A DNA stretch of 63,927 bases, filler included, from Blastocystis sp. subtype 4 (Eukaryota), in the NCBI RefSeq assembly GCF_000743755.1. It is 3 parts of 3 records of this genome, joined end to end, with 100 filler letters (N's around TTAATTAATTAA, not from the genome) between each part and the next. Parts side by side here need not be neighbours in the genome. Positions count along the whole stretch, not along the records: positions 1 to 26,355 come from NW_014569394.1; positions 26,456 to 51,534 come from NW_014569393.1; 1 more part is not named here. One strand, given 5' to 3'. The notes beneath the pieces are model-generated. The model made no database searches. It was not told the origin of the DNA and was given only the letters and a program-made list of their open reading frames with translations. Positions 12,755 through 27,796 of this stretch are shown piece after piece. The position numbers and the translations under genes were made by a program. Numbering within the stretch: position 1 is the first letter of the stretch; each line of letters opens with the position of its first letter.

Positions 12755-15150
12755 ATGGATCCCAAAGTTGAACGTTTGCCGCAGTTCTATTACAATGTGA
12801 ACAAATCAAATTTAATAAAGAGGTCGCAATCCATGAGTAAGCGTCATCGCAAGCGAGAGAGACGGAGGAGGAATAAAAACAAACAAAAACTAAGTAGAAC
12901 AGAGATATGGATCATTGCTATGCTGGTTGTTGCGATTTTGTTGGTCCTCGCTTTTATTGCAGTGTCACTCCTTTGGAACGATTCCAAGACTGTAACAAAG
13001 ATTTATTGTCCGAGTGGCTATTATGGTGAGCACTGTGAGCGTAATGATTTCATTGATGCTTTGGGATGGACAGCAAATGAGGCAGTTAGTACAGCTGATG
13101 CTCAATGTTCGTCTGGCTATTCTTTTCGAACTTGGGCTCCAGGTGCATCAAGTGTTCGACTCTTGATACAGACACCTGAACGATCCACTCCCTACTACTA
13201 CTTCATGGTGTATTTCATTGATTCATATCTTACCTCTAGATCTCAAGACAATGGTTTTTGGTTTATCCTGATATGCAGTTGGAGTCCTGGAACAATATAC
13301 AAGTTCCAAGTGGATCACAATTCGGAAAGTGTTTACTCCCTTTCCTTAGGAAGTACAGAACGAACGCTGTACTTTTTATTCAGATCGTCTGATGTATAGT
13401 AGTAGCAGTCAGGAAATATTCAATGTTATTCCCGACACGGAATTCGATTGGGGTTTAGATACAGGAAACATTGTATCACTTACTACAAACCCGGTTGTGT
13501 ACCATATTCATCTCCCAACCTATGCCGAGGAAGGATGTTCGTTTTATAGATCATTCTGATTTGTAGATACACAATCCTATAACCTTGTTTTATCACGTCT
13601 TCAAACCATCATTCGATCAGGTGTCAGTGCACTCGAACTGAATGGACTCGAGTTCATGTATTGTTTTGATGATTTGGATATGACATGTTGGGGTAGTTGT
13701 ACTAAATGAAGCTTAACCCTAGATGAGAGTTCCTATTCTCCAGGATTGCTCCGTCCATCTCTGGGATCACGTAATGAGCTCAAAACGCTTATTCGTGAAG
13801 CCCATCTGATAGGATTGTCAATCATTGTAGATTTGACGTGGGATTGTTTTGATCGTAATACACTTGTCTGGGGTTATCACACTTTCTATTCACACTGTAC
13901 TCTTTTTTCTCGTTTCTTATTTAGATATGAATGAATATAATGGTGTTCAATCACCAGATGTGTTTAGAGATTCTAGGTATTGTGAAGGAGAAAGTTGTCC
14001 ACTGAATCTCAGAAATACGAAAGTCGTATTAGAATTGTTACGAAAGACTCTTAAGATGTATCGTGAAGAGTTTCATATTGATGGTATTCGATGGATTACG
14101 CGACAAGGAGATCGTGTTGTTGGAGGTACTTGTTCAACTTCTGAAGTGTCAGATCCTGAGAACGATCGTTTGTTACAAGATTTCTGGGTTGATATTAAAT
14201 CATTCGGATTCATCATAGTTTATTCAGTATTTTGTATTCATAACTAGTTAACTGATCATATTGATCGTCTTCCTGCCTATGATTTTCTGGTAGATGAATC
14301 TCTCTGTAATCTCATTAACAATGTTACAACAATGGGAGTTACTCGAGCTCAGTTTCTTCATATTGCTGAGCATGCAAATCATACTCAAACCAATCATATC
14401 GTTTGTTTTGAGTGTTTTCGATCACTTTCTGTCATTCTTTCCATCTTTTATTATCTCTAGTCTCGTATTTTCGTTCGATCTGGATACAAGATCACAAGTT
14501 TGATATACTCCTTCTTCTGTCTTATGCCTTTCAATCTTCACTTATTCATGGGAACACCATTCTTTTCTGATGTTCCATTCACATCATCACCTTCCATTCT
14601 TGATGTCAACAAAGTGGGTATTTATGAGAATGGGAGTTACTACTTACCTGGTTCCAAGTATATGAAGTATCTCTTATCTGAAGATTTGGCTTCTATTCGT
14701 GATCAATACTATGTCTCATCTTGTCTTGGTATTAACAACTAGAAACCACTGCCTACGGGTGTGCAAATCTTATTAGATGATATTGATAATCAGGTTCTTG
14801 TGTTCAATGTGTGGTCGTCCAATGTACCTTATCTTATTGTTGTAAATTATGGAAGTTCTGCACATAATGGGTTCAATCTAGAGAGATTTATGACTTATAG
14901 AGAGTATCACTTGAAGATACCGATGACTGATCCCATCAGTCAAAGAATGTCCTGGGAATTGGTTTTCACGAACTCTAATCGACGTTATGATACCTTAGTA
15001 ACTCCTATTGGACGTGATCTCTTTTCTGTTGATTGTCCAAACTATGAGTCGGAAATAGTATGGAAACTTATCTATAGTGATGCTCAGATTTATGTGTGTT
15101 ATTCTCTGGTTATTGGTAGTCAAAGTACTGCCTTTTTCGTACCCATGTAG
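12755..15150 (+). CDS. type II membrane protein with EGF-like motif and GH13 (CBM48 + TIM barrel) fold, apparently non-catalytic; 5' end may extend to ~12390
   Basis: Basic stretch then TM IWIIAMLVVAILLVLAFIAVSLLW, CPSGYYGEHC, FRTWAPGASSV, VVYHIHL, GSRNELKTLIREAHLIGLSIIVD, EEFHIDGIR. Confidence 0.75.
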
Positions 15151-15169
15151 TTTAACTCTTCTCTTTCCA

Positions 15170-15184
15170 TGTTTGTTACAAACA
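15170..15184. terminator. overlapping bidirectional 3'-processing motif TGTTTGTTACAAACA
   Basis: TGTTTGTT on + (15170-15177) and TGTTTGTA on - (15184-15177) share one base between convergent genes. Confidence 0.75.
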
Positions 15185-15188
15185 GTCG

Positions 15189-15771
15189 ACAATTCCATTT
15201 CATAGTCACCTTCAAGATCCGATAAATCGGTCATATCTCGTTCATACAACCCATGATTTTCAAGATAACGTAACATATTATCCTGAAGAGTCGTTGCATC
15301 ATAGTAATAGTAATGGTACATAGGAGAGAAACCAGCATTGTTGATATCATAGTCAATGGACAAATCAGGATTCACAAAGAAGACACGAGGATAATACTTA
15401 CCCCGACCATCTAGATAACAAATCTTATAGACAACATACCAGGTAACCACTTCTCATCTTCCGGTTCCTCTTCGTCCACAGCAAGAATCATCACAAACCG
15501 TTTCGAAAATTCGATCATCTTCTCATCGGTGGCAATTCTTCGACCTAAACCTCTACACGCTCCACACCAACTTTTATAGATTATCACTAGTCCTGGTTTG
15601 TTCGTTCTCTCGATTTCTTCCATTCCATCATGAAATGACCTCCAAGTAATCTGACTGCCGAAGAATCCTGGATTCAGAGCAGAACAAACTGCTATAATCA
15701 GAAACCCATTCAGAACCTAATGTTTAGAAAATGAAGAGAAGAACAACCACGAGATAACTCCGAGATAGCAT
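15189..15771 (-). CDS. ER thioredoxin-domain protein (ERp18/TXNDC12-like)
   Basis: Signal peptide, IYKSWCGACR, DGRGKYYPRVFFV, YHYYY; ends DYEMEL if stop completed at T 15189. Confidence 0.85.
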
Positions 15772-15833
15772 TTTGTGATTACTTCCACTTTGGATAACAA
15801 ACAGAAAACCTTCACAAGATGGACTCTACGTAA

Positions 15834-16161
15834 CTATGTTGCCATCTGGACTCCCTTCTGGACTACCTTCTTCATAGCCTTCTTATCAAACATAAAATAT
15901 CCCCAGAAGATCGACCAAATCCAACCAATAATAATAACAGACAAAATCAACTGGAGAAGACCAACGAGATAAGCCTTCTTACTACACTTTCCAATTGCTG
16001 CTCCAATGATGGTACCAATACCTAGTGATCATTCCGAGAGTATTATTGATACCTGGTAAAATGATGTTCACAATAAAGAGAACCAGGTTCCATGGCTCCT
16101 TCACCTCTGGAACAGTCTCAATGACACTCTTTGTGGCTTTTGCTTTCTGAACTAACCCCAT
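15834..16161 (-). CDS. small membrane protein, SPEC3/Stum-like
   Basis: LFIVNIILPG|IGTIIGAA...VGLLQLILSVIIIGWIWSIFWG. Confidence 0.7.
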
Positions 16162-16267
16162 ATTAACTGAAATTGTTATACTGCAAATCCACCAGTATCT
16201 CTGGACCAATCAAATGATTGTGTGTCTTTACATACGATTCTCCAAAAAAACACTTGACCCAGACAAA

Positions 16268-17122
16268 TTATACAGATACCTTAGCAGCATTCGATGAAAG
16301 GAAAGGAATAAATAAATGTGTTCGGTGTTGGTAAGCTTCATACTCTTCAAAGAAAGACAGTAGATACTTTTCCTCATACCTACTTCTCAGTCTCTGCCTT
16401 TACAACTACAATATACGATAATAAATAACTAGCCAAGTGGAAATTGCAGTTACAAGGAAGTTTATAGGATTCATAAGTAGTATCTCTCTCCCAACACAGT
16501 AATAAAACCACCCCGTGTAAGATGGATGCCTGAACACAGAGTAGATACCATTGGTGACTAACTCATGAGTACCAACCTTTTCTTTCCGTATGATATATGT
16601 GAAGTCCGTTCCTAGTTTGACTTCAGCAGCGAAACGAAGTAGGAGACCAGCAGAAGAAACCACAAATCCAAACCAGAATACAGTGGATTGGTTCTTATGT
16701 CTAAAGTGAAGGATAGTAGTGATTCATACAACCCAAACCAACTATGTTCAATCCAGAACTCGATAACACCAAAAATAGTACAAATCATATACTGCCAACT
16801 CTGATTAACAAGGAACGCTAATACGTCAGAATTAACAAATCAAATCAATTACACTTGAAACTTAAATCATTAAGACGGTAAATTGCTGACAAAAAGAACT
16901 CCACCAGATGAAATGTGGTATAGAGAATGCAATAAAGACACCAATTAATCTAGTTGTATTAAGAAGGACCGTTAATATGTTTACAGGCCAGTAAATTGGG
17001 AGAGAATGGAACCAACAACGAACCATATAAGCAGAGTATCCAAGAAGTCCTCCAAGTGAAAGACCACATACAATGATTTTCATCCATTCAATCCATGATA
17101 ACAATCGACTCTGGTCCGACAT
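16268..17122 (-). CDS. ICMT: protein-S-isoprenylcysteine O-methyltransferase
   Basis: FHLVEF, FTYII...HELVTNGIYSVFRHPSYTGWF, LLMNP, RI|YEEKYLLSFF..YEAY, IPF. Confidence 0.92.
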
Positions 17123-17154
17123 GAAGACAAAACTGATTTACTTTATTCTTGCCA

Positions 17155-18072
17155 ATGGATATTGATTCGTCTCCATCGGAATCTGACTGTATTGATGATA
17201 CCGGATGTGAGGACTTGTTTCAAAGCTCCTATTGGGACATCAATTATGTTCAAGCTATTGAGAATGAAGATGGTCCAGAGAATGAAGAGTACAGTGATAA
17301 TGAGGAAGGTATCACACCACATGTCCGCCCATTATCGCGTATTCGGTATCATGAAATGAATGAAAGTGGTGAATTTGTTCAAGAAGACTATTACAACCAA
17401 GAAGAAGAGGACTCTTCGGAAGAGGATTCTTCTGAAGACGAAAAGGAGTCATCTGAATCCGATGAGTTGGTCTTATTTTGGGTTCATGAGTGTAGATGTG
17501 AAAAAGAAGTGCCATTGACTGATGAAGAGAAGAGGATAAGGAATAAGATGCGTACTCATCTGAGATGGAGATTATATGTAGATGAGATGGGTTTAAATAC
17601 GGAACAGGATGAGTTGTATGATCCATCTTTGGACGAGAAGGATGAGATATGGTCATCTCAACAACACTGTATGACCTTTAATAAGAGTTTTATATAGATG
17701 ATTTTAAAGAAACGAAACACAAGACAGATGCAGTTCTTTGTTGTCCCAGTTGTTTTACAACAATTTGTTATGAATGTAAACTGTTTATGTTTTTCATTTA
17801 AATCATCCATAGGGTGAAAAATGGTGTCTTGTCGAATGTGAATCGCAAATATGAGAAAGATGGATCTAATGTCTTTTTAGCAAAGAAGGTGTATAATTGT
17901 TATATAGTTGGAGAGAATTCTGTTCAAGCTACTGTTAGCGATGGAAACAAGAAGGATCATGTCCGTCTCGGATACCCTGTTGTATGCAGTATTTGTGGGA
18001 ATGAAGTAGGGTTCAAGAGCAATAATGAATATCTGTTGATGAACATGATTGAGGAAGATGGAGATGTCAATT
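17155..18072 (+). CDS. EAPP: E2F-associated phosphoprotein-like
   Basis: Acidic N-terminus, ELYDPSLDEKDEIW, TDAVLCCPSCFTTICYEC, YPVVCSICGNEVG; probable poly(A)-completed stop at 18072 (genomic TGA at 18144-18146). Confidence 0.75.
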
Positions 18073-18106
18073 ATCTTGTTTCTATCCAAACATATAATCT
18101 AAAAGA

Positions 18107-19215
18107 CTATATTTGCAGTTCTTTAACAGTTGCTGGAGTCATATGATTCACCATCTCCTCACATTCCTTTCCAACTTCACGAAGAATGTAGGAATTACTT
18201 GAGAAGATACCCAAATTCTTATACAACAATACTTGCATCGTATTTCGGTCATAATACAGACAATGGATATACTCCGCAGAGGCTAATACAGCAACAAATT
18301 CCGCTAATCCTCTCCAAAAGTGCATTACACGACAACGAGGATAATTTCGCAAGACTGTCCCTACATCTCAGAATCCCCCTTCTCTTTTACATCCATCATT
18401 GTAATGATCAATGTAATTAAAACAAGTCTGTTCAGAAGTCAACTGCAAACACTCTTCGATTGTGATAACTACAGCTGGACATCATCAGAGCAAGATATTT
18501 CCTACATTTACAGTACTCAATTCGACCTAGAAGTGTGAAGAGTACAATACCTCCAAGAGAAGAAACCAGAAGCAAGAGTTTGAAGAGAAGATACTTTCTA
18601 TCTTTCTGCTTTGCATATCGAATCATGTCAACATAGTTGATAATGAAGAGTAAGTTCAAAGGAAGAGCAAAGAGAATGACACACTAATAATCAATTATCG
18701 TTTCTATAACTACCATCATGTGAGTCATTGGATAATTACCCATATCAAAAAAAGCAACTCCATTCATTCCCAGAGCAGACAAGATGTTAAACAGAAGAAC
18801 AATATTCTGATTCAAAAGAAATATCTTTCTCTCTGTCGCATTTTCAATGCATAGGGAATACATTTTGAACACCTTGTAGTAGTTGCTGCTGAAGATAATC
18901 CAAGGGATGCATCCGATTGTTGTTCCCACAAAGAAGAAAAACCAACCCAACCCACTCCGTGCCACTTCCGAGAGATAGGGATACTTACAACCTCCTTCAA
19001 ATCTAATTCTAACGACTTGAAATTGTTAAATACTCATTTGTAACTGTTACAGATACAGCAGATCCTAATCCTCCCAAAGCACTACCGTAATACGCAAAGA
19101 TAGCACCATAAGCTTCACAATACTTCCAGAATCGAGTTGTTGCTATACGACATCGCGAGCATCGTTTATCAACACTTCCACAAGAATCCAAGATTTGTAC
19201 AGAAGTCTCTTTCAT
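18107..19215 (-). CDS. DRAM/Frag1/TMEM150-family membrane protein
   Basis: Spliced YPYLSEVA (cf. PYISDTG), LGMNGVAFFD...TH, LAEFVAVL; multiple TM segments. Confidence 0.7.
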
Positions 19216-19365
19216 ATCACCAAAAATACTATTCAATATCTAAAATACACTATCCTTTACCGGTGAAACTACTGTAAGAATATGTGTGATTTGAGTGTAC
19301 AGAAAACGTACACAGAACAGCAATTTGTTATTACAAACAAACAGTCCGCCAAAACAACGTGCTAA

Positions 19366-21393
19366 TTACAGACTGGAGTCACTTGAATCACTGACATTAT
19401 CAAGGTCATCTGAATCAGAATTCGAATCCTCACTCGAACTGACTTCAGGGACACTCTCAGATTCACTCGACAGAGTCACTTCCTTGACCTTCTCCTTCTT
19501 CTTCTCCTCTTCATCCTCCTCGTCATCATCAACTTCAGGAATATCACTCTCTTCCTCTTCCTTCTTCATCTCCTCAAATTCCGTCTTAAACTGTTCCACC
19601 AATGCCTCATACGTAGGACAAATCTCCTTGCCCAATTCCTCCCAAACAGGCGTCTGCTGATTATACGAAATTTGCGAACACGCAGCATAGTTCGAGAAAG
19701 CAACCAGAATAGCATTCTTCTGACGTTCTACAAAGAGGCGCAATTCATCTGAGAGAATCATCTTTGTAAAACGATCCAGATACTTCTTCTGACGACGTAC
19801 TTCACGTTCAATCTATAATAAAAACGATACTAAAAACGAACTTGATCTACCACAGCTTGTGCCTTCATCATCTTTGCCTTGTTACCTTTACGCTTGTTAA
19901 TATGAACTTCAAATTGAGCTGCATCCTTCTTATGCCAATTCTCAACATACTTATTCTATGAATCATTTGCTATTGCTTCTGATTACCAGATAATCCCATC
20001 GACGGACAAAGAGTTCTTGTAATCCTCGGGTCTGAAGCAAAATACCTTCCATCTCCTCATCCAAACGACGACCTCCACGAGATGGAACGAAATCAGAAGC
20101 AAAGAACCAATCATCGCAAGCTTTAGTGGTTGATTCCAATGCTTTCACAATCACATCATTCTCCTCTTGAATCGTATCATCAAGCTTCAAACTCTTATAA
20201 TCCATTGAACGAGTTGTCTGAATCAGCTCCTTCATATTGGAGGACATCGCATCAATACTCTGAATGAAGGAATTCTGGCGAGCAATCACTAGTTGAATTG
20301 ATTCTACTGTCTTCTGTGTTATAGCAGTCAACTTCTCCACTTCCTCTTTGAATACCTTTAGGTTCCTATATCTCATTCTTATCTTCAATTCTTACGCCTC
20401 TACCTCCTCAGGGCATTTCACATGTACCATATACTCCTGGTACTTGATGAATCCTTCATTCTCCACAGTCTTCTTCTTATTCTACTTATGAGTTCTCAAA
20501 TCGAATCTGACCTTTGGAGCAGGATTGTGAAGTGACAACGAATCCATCTCAGGGAAATGACTCCAGTCAATATTCTGAGTACTGATGAAGTCTCGGAAGG
20601 TAGCATCCATTCGAATATAAGGAATACGAACAGCATCGTTCAACCACTTAGCAAGAGCTATTCATTACATTTGGGATCCGTGATTACCCTTCATACGAAG
20701 TAATACTGTCTCCTCTGAAGTGTTATTTACTGCCTTCTTTGGAGGAAGAGGATTCAGGAGAATAGCTGGATAACGACGGAGAAGAGTCTCACGTAATGTA
20801 TCAAACTCACTGTAGCGACGACGTAACTCCACCTTCAGAGGATACAGAGTTACCAAATACGTCGTGTAAGGACGCATACGATTGCCTTCTGTGCGGGGAT
20901 CTGTCACCTATTTCATGAAGATGTAAGAGAAAGTGTACAGTGAACGACATCTCATCCTTCATCACATTATCAATCCATTCCTTATGGTTCACGATAAACT
21001 CCTCATCCTCAATGGGATTATCCTCTTCCGATGATTCATCTAGAATATCATACTTCTTGAGAACATCGTACCAGCACTATAGATTATGAATTACGATCAA
21101 TACCTACCTCTTCTTGGATTTCGGACGAGGGCTGTTGCCTTTTTTCTTGCTGCTATCCTTCTTCTTGTCTTTCTTCTTGTCCTTCTTCTTTGAATCCTTC
21201 TTTTCGTCCGATGAAACTTTGAGTTAGGTGTATTCATCTTCAATGTACCTTCCACATCAGAAATATCGCTGACATCGCTGACATCACTTAGATCGATATC
21301 CGAAACGTCAGAAACCTCAATATCCGACACATCCGAAACGGAAACATCCGAGTCCGACTTCGCCTTCTTGTGGGATTTCTTAGCCTTGGCCAT
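19366..21393 (-). CDS. sorting nexin (PX + BAR-like coiled coil) with acidic low-complexity ends
   Basis: PYTTYLV..VELRRRYSEFDTLRETLLRRYP...PLPPKK PX signature; helical C-terminal half. Confidence 0.85.
21263..21350 (-). repeat. coding low-complexity repeat (SDV/SDI)n in sorting nexin N-terminus
   Basis: SDVSVSDVSDIEVSDVSDIDLSDVSDVSDISDV. Confidence 0.7.
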
Positions 21394-21630
21394 TACTCTA
21401 TACACAAGTTAGATTCATAACAATCCAATGATCAAAGTAGTTAGATATTCAAGATGGAATGCATACCTTCTTACCTAGAAAAACGGCTTCAATAAGGAAT
21501 TGTGACTGTCATTAGATCTTATCTTTAGGGACCGCCAAGTATCTTCAATAACCGTTTTCTCGTCTGATATCCATCATTTCATATTCTTTGTGTCCTGGAT
21601 AATAATATCGGAGTCTATAACAAACATCGT

Positions 21631-23231
21631 AATTCGATATTTTGCAAATTTGAAAAGTATCTCCACCTACAATAAGGAGACAATCTCCTGATGACCTCCA
21701 TTCGATTGAATTGATACCTACGATGCCTTTTAATTATCACAATTAGAGAAAAATACGATTTGGAAGCAACACCCACACAATACTGTCCAATTCCCAAAAG
21801 TAGAGAATTTGATTAGAGGTAACTATTGCAAGAGTATTTCTCATCGGATTCCAAGCAAATGATAGAACAGGAGATACAAACGCCAATTGAGTTTGCAAAT
21901 GATCCCGTTTTACATCCCAGATCCAAAGAACTGATTGCCTACTATTATCCTTCAACACTATGTATCGATCATTAAAACTGAAGGAAGCCGAATGAATTCC
22001 AACATCCTTTGCATTCACTCTAGTTGTCATTCATCACCCAATCAGTATACAAACGATTCACGGGAGTCAATGGCAACGGCGTTCCTTTGTATGTGTCGAA
22101 GAAGTAATCTCCAGCTGTAAGCAACTATATGTTCAAAAAGACTATGACCTGAATACTACACTCTGTTCAAATGCATCTGGCTGAGATTCTTCCGTTCGCG
22201 GATGTGTTTTCCTATGCTGTTCCAGAATGTCAAATTTAGTCTTCTCTATACAAAGGGTCTATTTGAAATCAGCCAATACGACCCTACTGATGTGATTGTC
22301 TCAGAGTTCAAGAACGAGATAGTTTCAATGGATTTCATTTGTTGAATGTCGATTAGCCTCCAAGCTCCTTCATATCCTGCTGCCAAAAGGAGGGGATGTG
22401 AATGAGCATGTCGCAGAATAGCAGGTCCCAACACAGATCTATCGCCTTCCGCACGATAACACTCCACACCGTTGCAAGAATAGATAGATACGATATTATT
22501 CAAAGGATGGTCGCATATGGCAATATGAAGGTTGTCATGACACCAAATAATCTATATATCATCTCTCAATCATTTCTATACATTTCGAGCTTGATTGGTG
22601 TTAACAGAGAAGGTTATTGCACAATCCCAGGTGGATGAATGAAAGATACTGATCTGATCTTGTTGATTAGAACGACGACTAAGCAATGCCATCCACTTAC
22701 CATCACTAGTGAACGAACAGCAACGCCGTAGATCATGAACTCCAGGAAGCTCTTTCCTTTTCATGAAATTCAATCTCAATCAGTACACAATATTTGAGTG
22801 GATTGACCAAACACAAGTAACCATTCCGCTTTCACCAAGAGAAAGGATATGCTTGCTATCAGATGTCCAACATGCAGAGAGAATTGTATATGTATCGTCT
22901 TTAAAGGCAATATTCCAAGATAGATCAATTATTGAGAACACCTGCGAATTATTGTCCATATCTCTTTCCATACTTCAATTGAATTGTTACGACGAATAAT
23001 ACAAAGGATCCGCGTTGAGTCAGGAGACCATTCAGCAAAGTCAACACGATCCGAGCAAAATAAAGTGAACAACGAGTTTTGGGTCTCACTTTGAATCACT
23101 TCAACTTGTTTCCCAGTAGTGAACATAATGTACTCACCGTTTGGAGAATACTGGCATTTCTTTCCAGAATAGGTGTATGTAGGAGAAAATTGAATATTGG
23201 ATCCAGATAACTCGCTTAGACAGGATTCCAT
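21631..23231 (-). CDS. WD40 protein WRAP73/WDR8-like
   Basis: QFSPTY...CQYSPNG, AEWSPDSTRILC, WTSDSKHIL, FTSDGKW, VLWIWD, FAWNP; stop completed at T 21631. Confidence 0.8.
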
Positions 23232-23330
23232 GGAAACAATAATGATTCCAGTTCTATCGTTTTTGAATTCTACTCCTGATATAGAAACAACGAGAGAAGA
23301 AACAAACAAGATTCCAAAACAAGAACATTA

Positions 23331-23887
23331 TCATACACTGTTGGACCGTACACGCCGATATCCACGTAACCGTTTCCAATTCCGAGATAAGAAGATGATA
23401 ATGGTACAAATAACAGCCACACCATAGAAACATGACTATCAATCATACTGTCAACTATGCAATATACCATCATAGTTATAAGGGAGATATTCGTCTGAAG
23501 AATCCCAAGTGGCTTCCTACACGCTGCCACCTACCTGTGACTTTATCTGTTCTAAAGTTACATAAGGTTCTAATTTCGTCTGCGTTGCATTTCCTTCAAA
23601 CAAACTACAGATCAACCAGGTACACTCAATTTACGTTCGATTGCAAACATATTCTATGATATATCCAGTTGACTTGCAAGCCGGCTCAGTCTTCGGGCAT
23701 CATCCATCATTTAATCCTATACCAGATTCTGTGAAGTGCAAAGATGACAAGAACCCGTTGCTACACATTGCTGGAATGGCAGCAGTGCATGAAGTGAAAG
23801 CGGATCTGTCTCGTCGTTCTTCGTTTCCTCGTCACCAACGGCTAGGAATAGAAAGATTAGAAACAGAAATAAGTGATTCCTTTTCAT
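23331..23887 (-). CDS. JTB-like secreted Cys-rich single-pass membrane protein
   Basis: Signal peptide MKRNHLFLFLIFLFLAVG; CHLCTSQNL|TEPACKSTGYIIEYVC; C-terminal TM and basic tail; four introns; not recovered in the ORF track. Confidence 0.6.
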
Positions 23888-23912
23888 TCAGGATCGTATC
23901 TGAACAAACAAC

Positions 23913-26167
<2,255 letters not shown>

Positions 26168-26283
26168 TCAATTCACACAAACCTATACAAGGTATTATGA
26201 GTAATTTCTTCGCTTGTCAATCCCATTTGACAGACGAAGCGAAACTATGAGTTTTGAACAAACATCCGAAAGAAACAGGAGAA

Positions 26284-26355
26284 TTACTTCTTCAAGTTGA
26301 CAAGGAACTTGGATACACCAGCGTTATCGGGCTTGAAGGTAGTTTGGCCTTCATG
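26284..26355 (-). CDS. 3' fragment of a gene cut by the gap; possibly a 2-Cys peroxiredoxin C-terminus
   Basis: HEGQTTFKPDNAGVSKFLVNLKK* then TGTTTGTT; resembles the tail after the VCPAGW motif of AhpC/Prx1. Confidence 0.35.
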   Translation of the reverse strand, partial: HEGQTTFKPDNAGVSKFLVNLKK

Positions 26356-26455
26356 NNNNNNNNNNNNNNNNNNNNNNNNNNNNNNNNNNNNNNNNNNNNT
26401 TAATTAATTAANNNNNNNNNNNNNNNNNNNNNNNNNNNNNNNNNNNNNNNNNNNN
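26356..26455. other. assembly gap with artificial TTAATTAATTAA linker
   Basis: N44 + TTAATTAATTAA (26400-26411) + N44; stops in all frames. Confidence 0.98.
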
Positions 26456-26832
<377 letters not shown>

Positions 26833-26878
26833 ATTGTTTATATAGAGTATGAATTGTTTCTTAAGCAACAAATAAGAA

Positions 26879-27658
26879 CTATAGTCTTAGAATAGTCTTT
26901 ACGGAGTCTCTCACTACACTTCAACTTAGACTTCTGACCCATACACGAATCAGGAATTGGCTTAAACATGTCGCGAACACGTGCTGAATATACAGTTGAC
27001 GCTCCCTATGATAAGACCATGGAATCTCAGCTCACCTGGAAAACTAGCACAACTGTCAAAATGCTAGTCATTGCAGGGTATGTTGTCGATCTGTTGAACG
27101 ACAGACAAACAAATACCATGTAGGCTAGGTACAAAAACGAAACAACCATCGAGATTGGCAGAACCCAAATGATCTAATGAAAATACAAAACGACAGAGTA
27201 CAGCATTTAAGTGAGATTTATCATATCCTAACGCTGGTGCCATATTCGTACAGGCAATAATAAAGTTGACGACAGTGAATATGCATCCTAAAATTGTTGC
27301 TACATAAACTCTCCCATCTTTATTGTATTCCTGACATGTAGTTACTATAAACAAGATACATAAAACGATGGAAAGAATCTTGAGTCTCAAACGATTCATG
27401 TTTCTTACGCATGATAATGTAGCGAATATTACTACATTCCTTCGCGAAGATTTGATTGCAGCTAGATACGGAGCAGTAAACCCTCTAAATATCAAAAATA
27501 TGATCAATAACACACTTCTGATCCAAATTCCGTTTGATATTTGCAGTTGCAGTAGTCTCATCATCCATCTCCTCCTCAAGGCGCTGACGAAGCTGCGTAC
27601 AAGACAAGTGTTTCGATCCCTGCCTTTCTAAATCGATAATTTCCCCAGGATCGTCCAT
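26879..27658 (-). CDS. hypothetical multi-pass membrane protein
   Basis: MDDPGEIIDLER...; several ~30-nt introns; hydrophobic segments; TAG followed by TATTTGTT. Confidence 0.6.
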
Positions 27659-27796
27659 ATAACAAAAAATGATTTATCCCTTCTGTGCGGAGAAGTTTTG
27701 CAGATGAGCCGATGCAATTTAGATGAAGGTCCAGTATATTCGTGTCGATGAGATTAAATTGGATAATTGATTGTTAATAAATAACAAACATAGGGA

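Noticed and set aside
26400..26411. TTAATTAATTAA palindrome, repeated at 51579-51590
   Set aside because: Centred in identical 100-base N gaps; artificial scaffold linker
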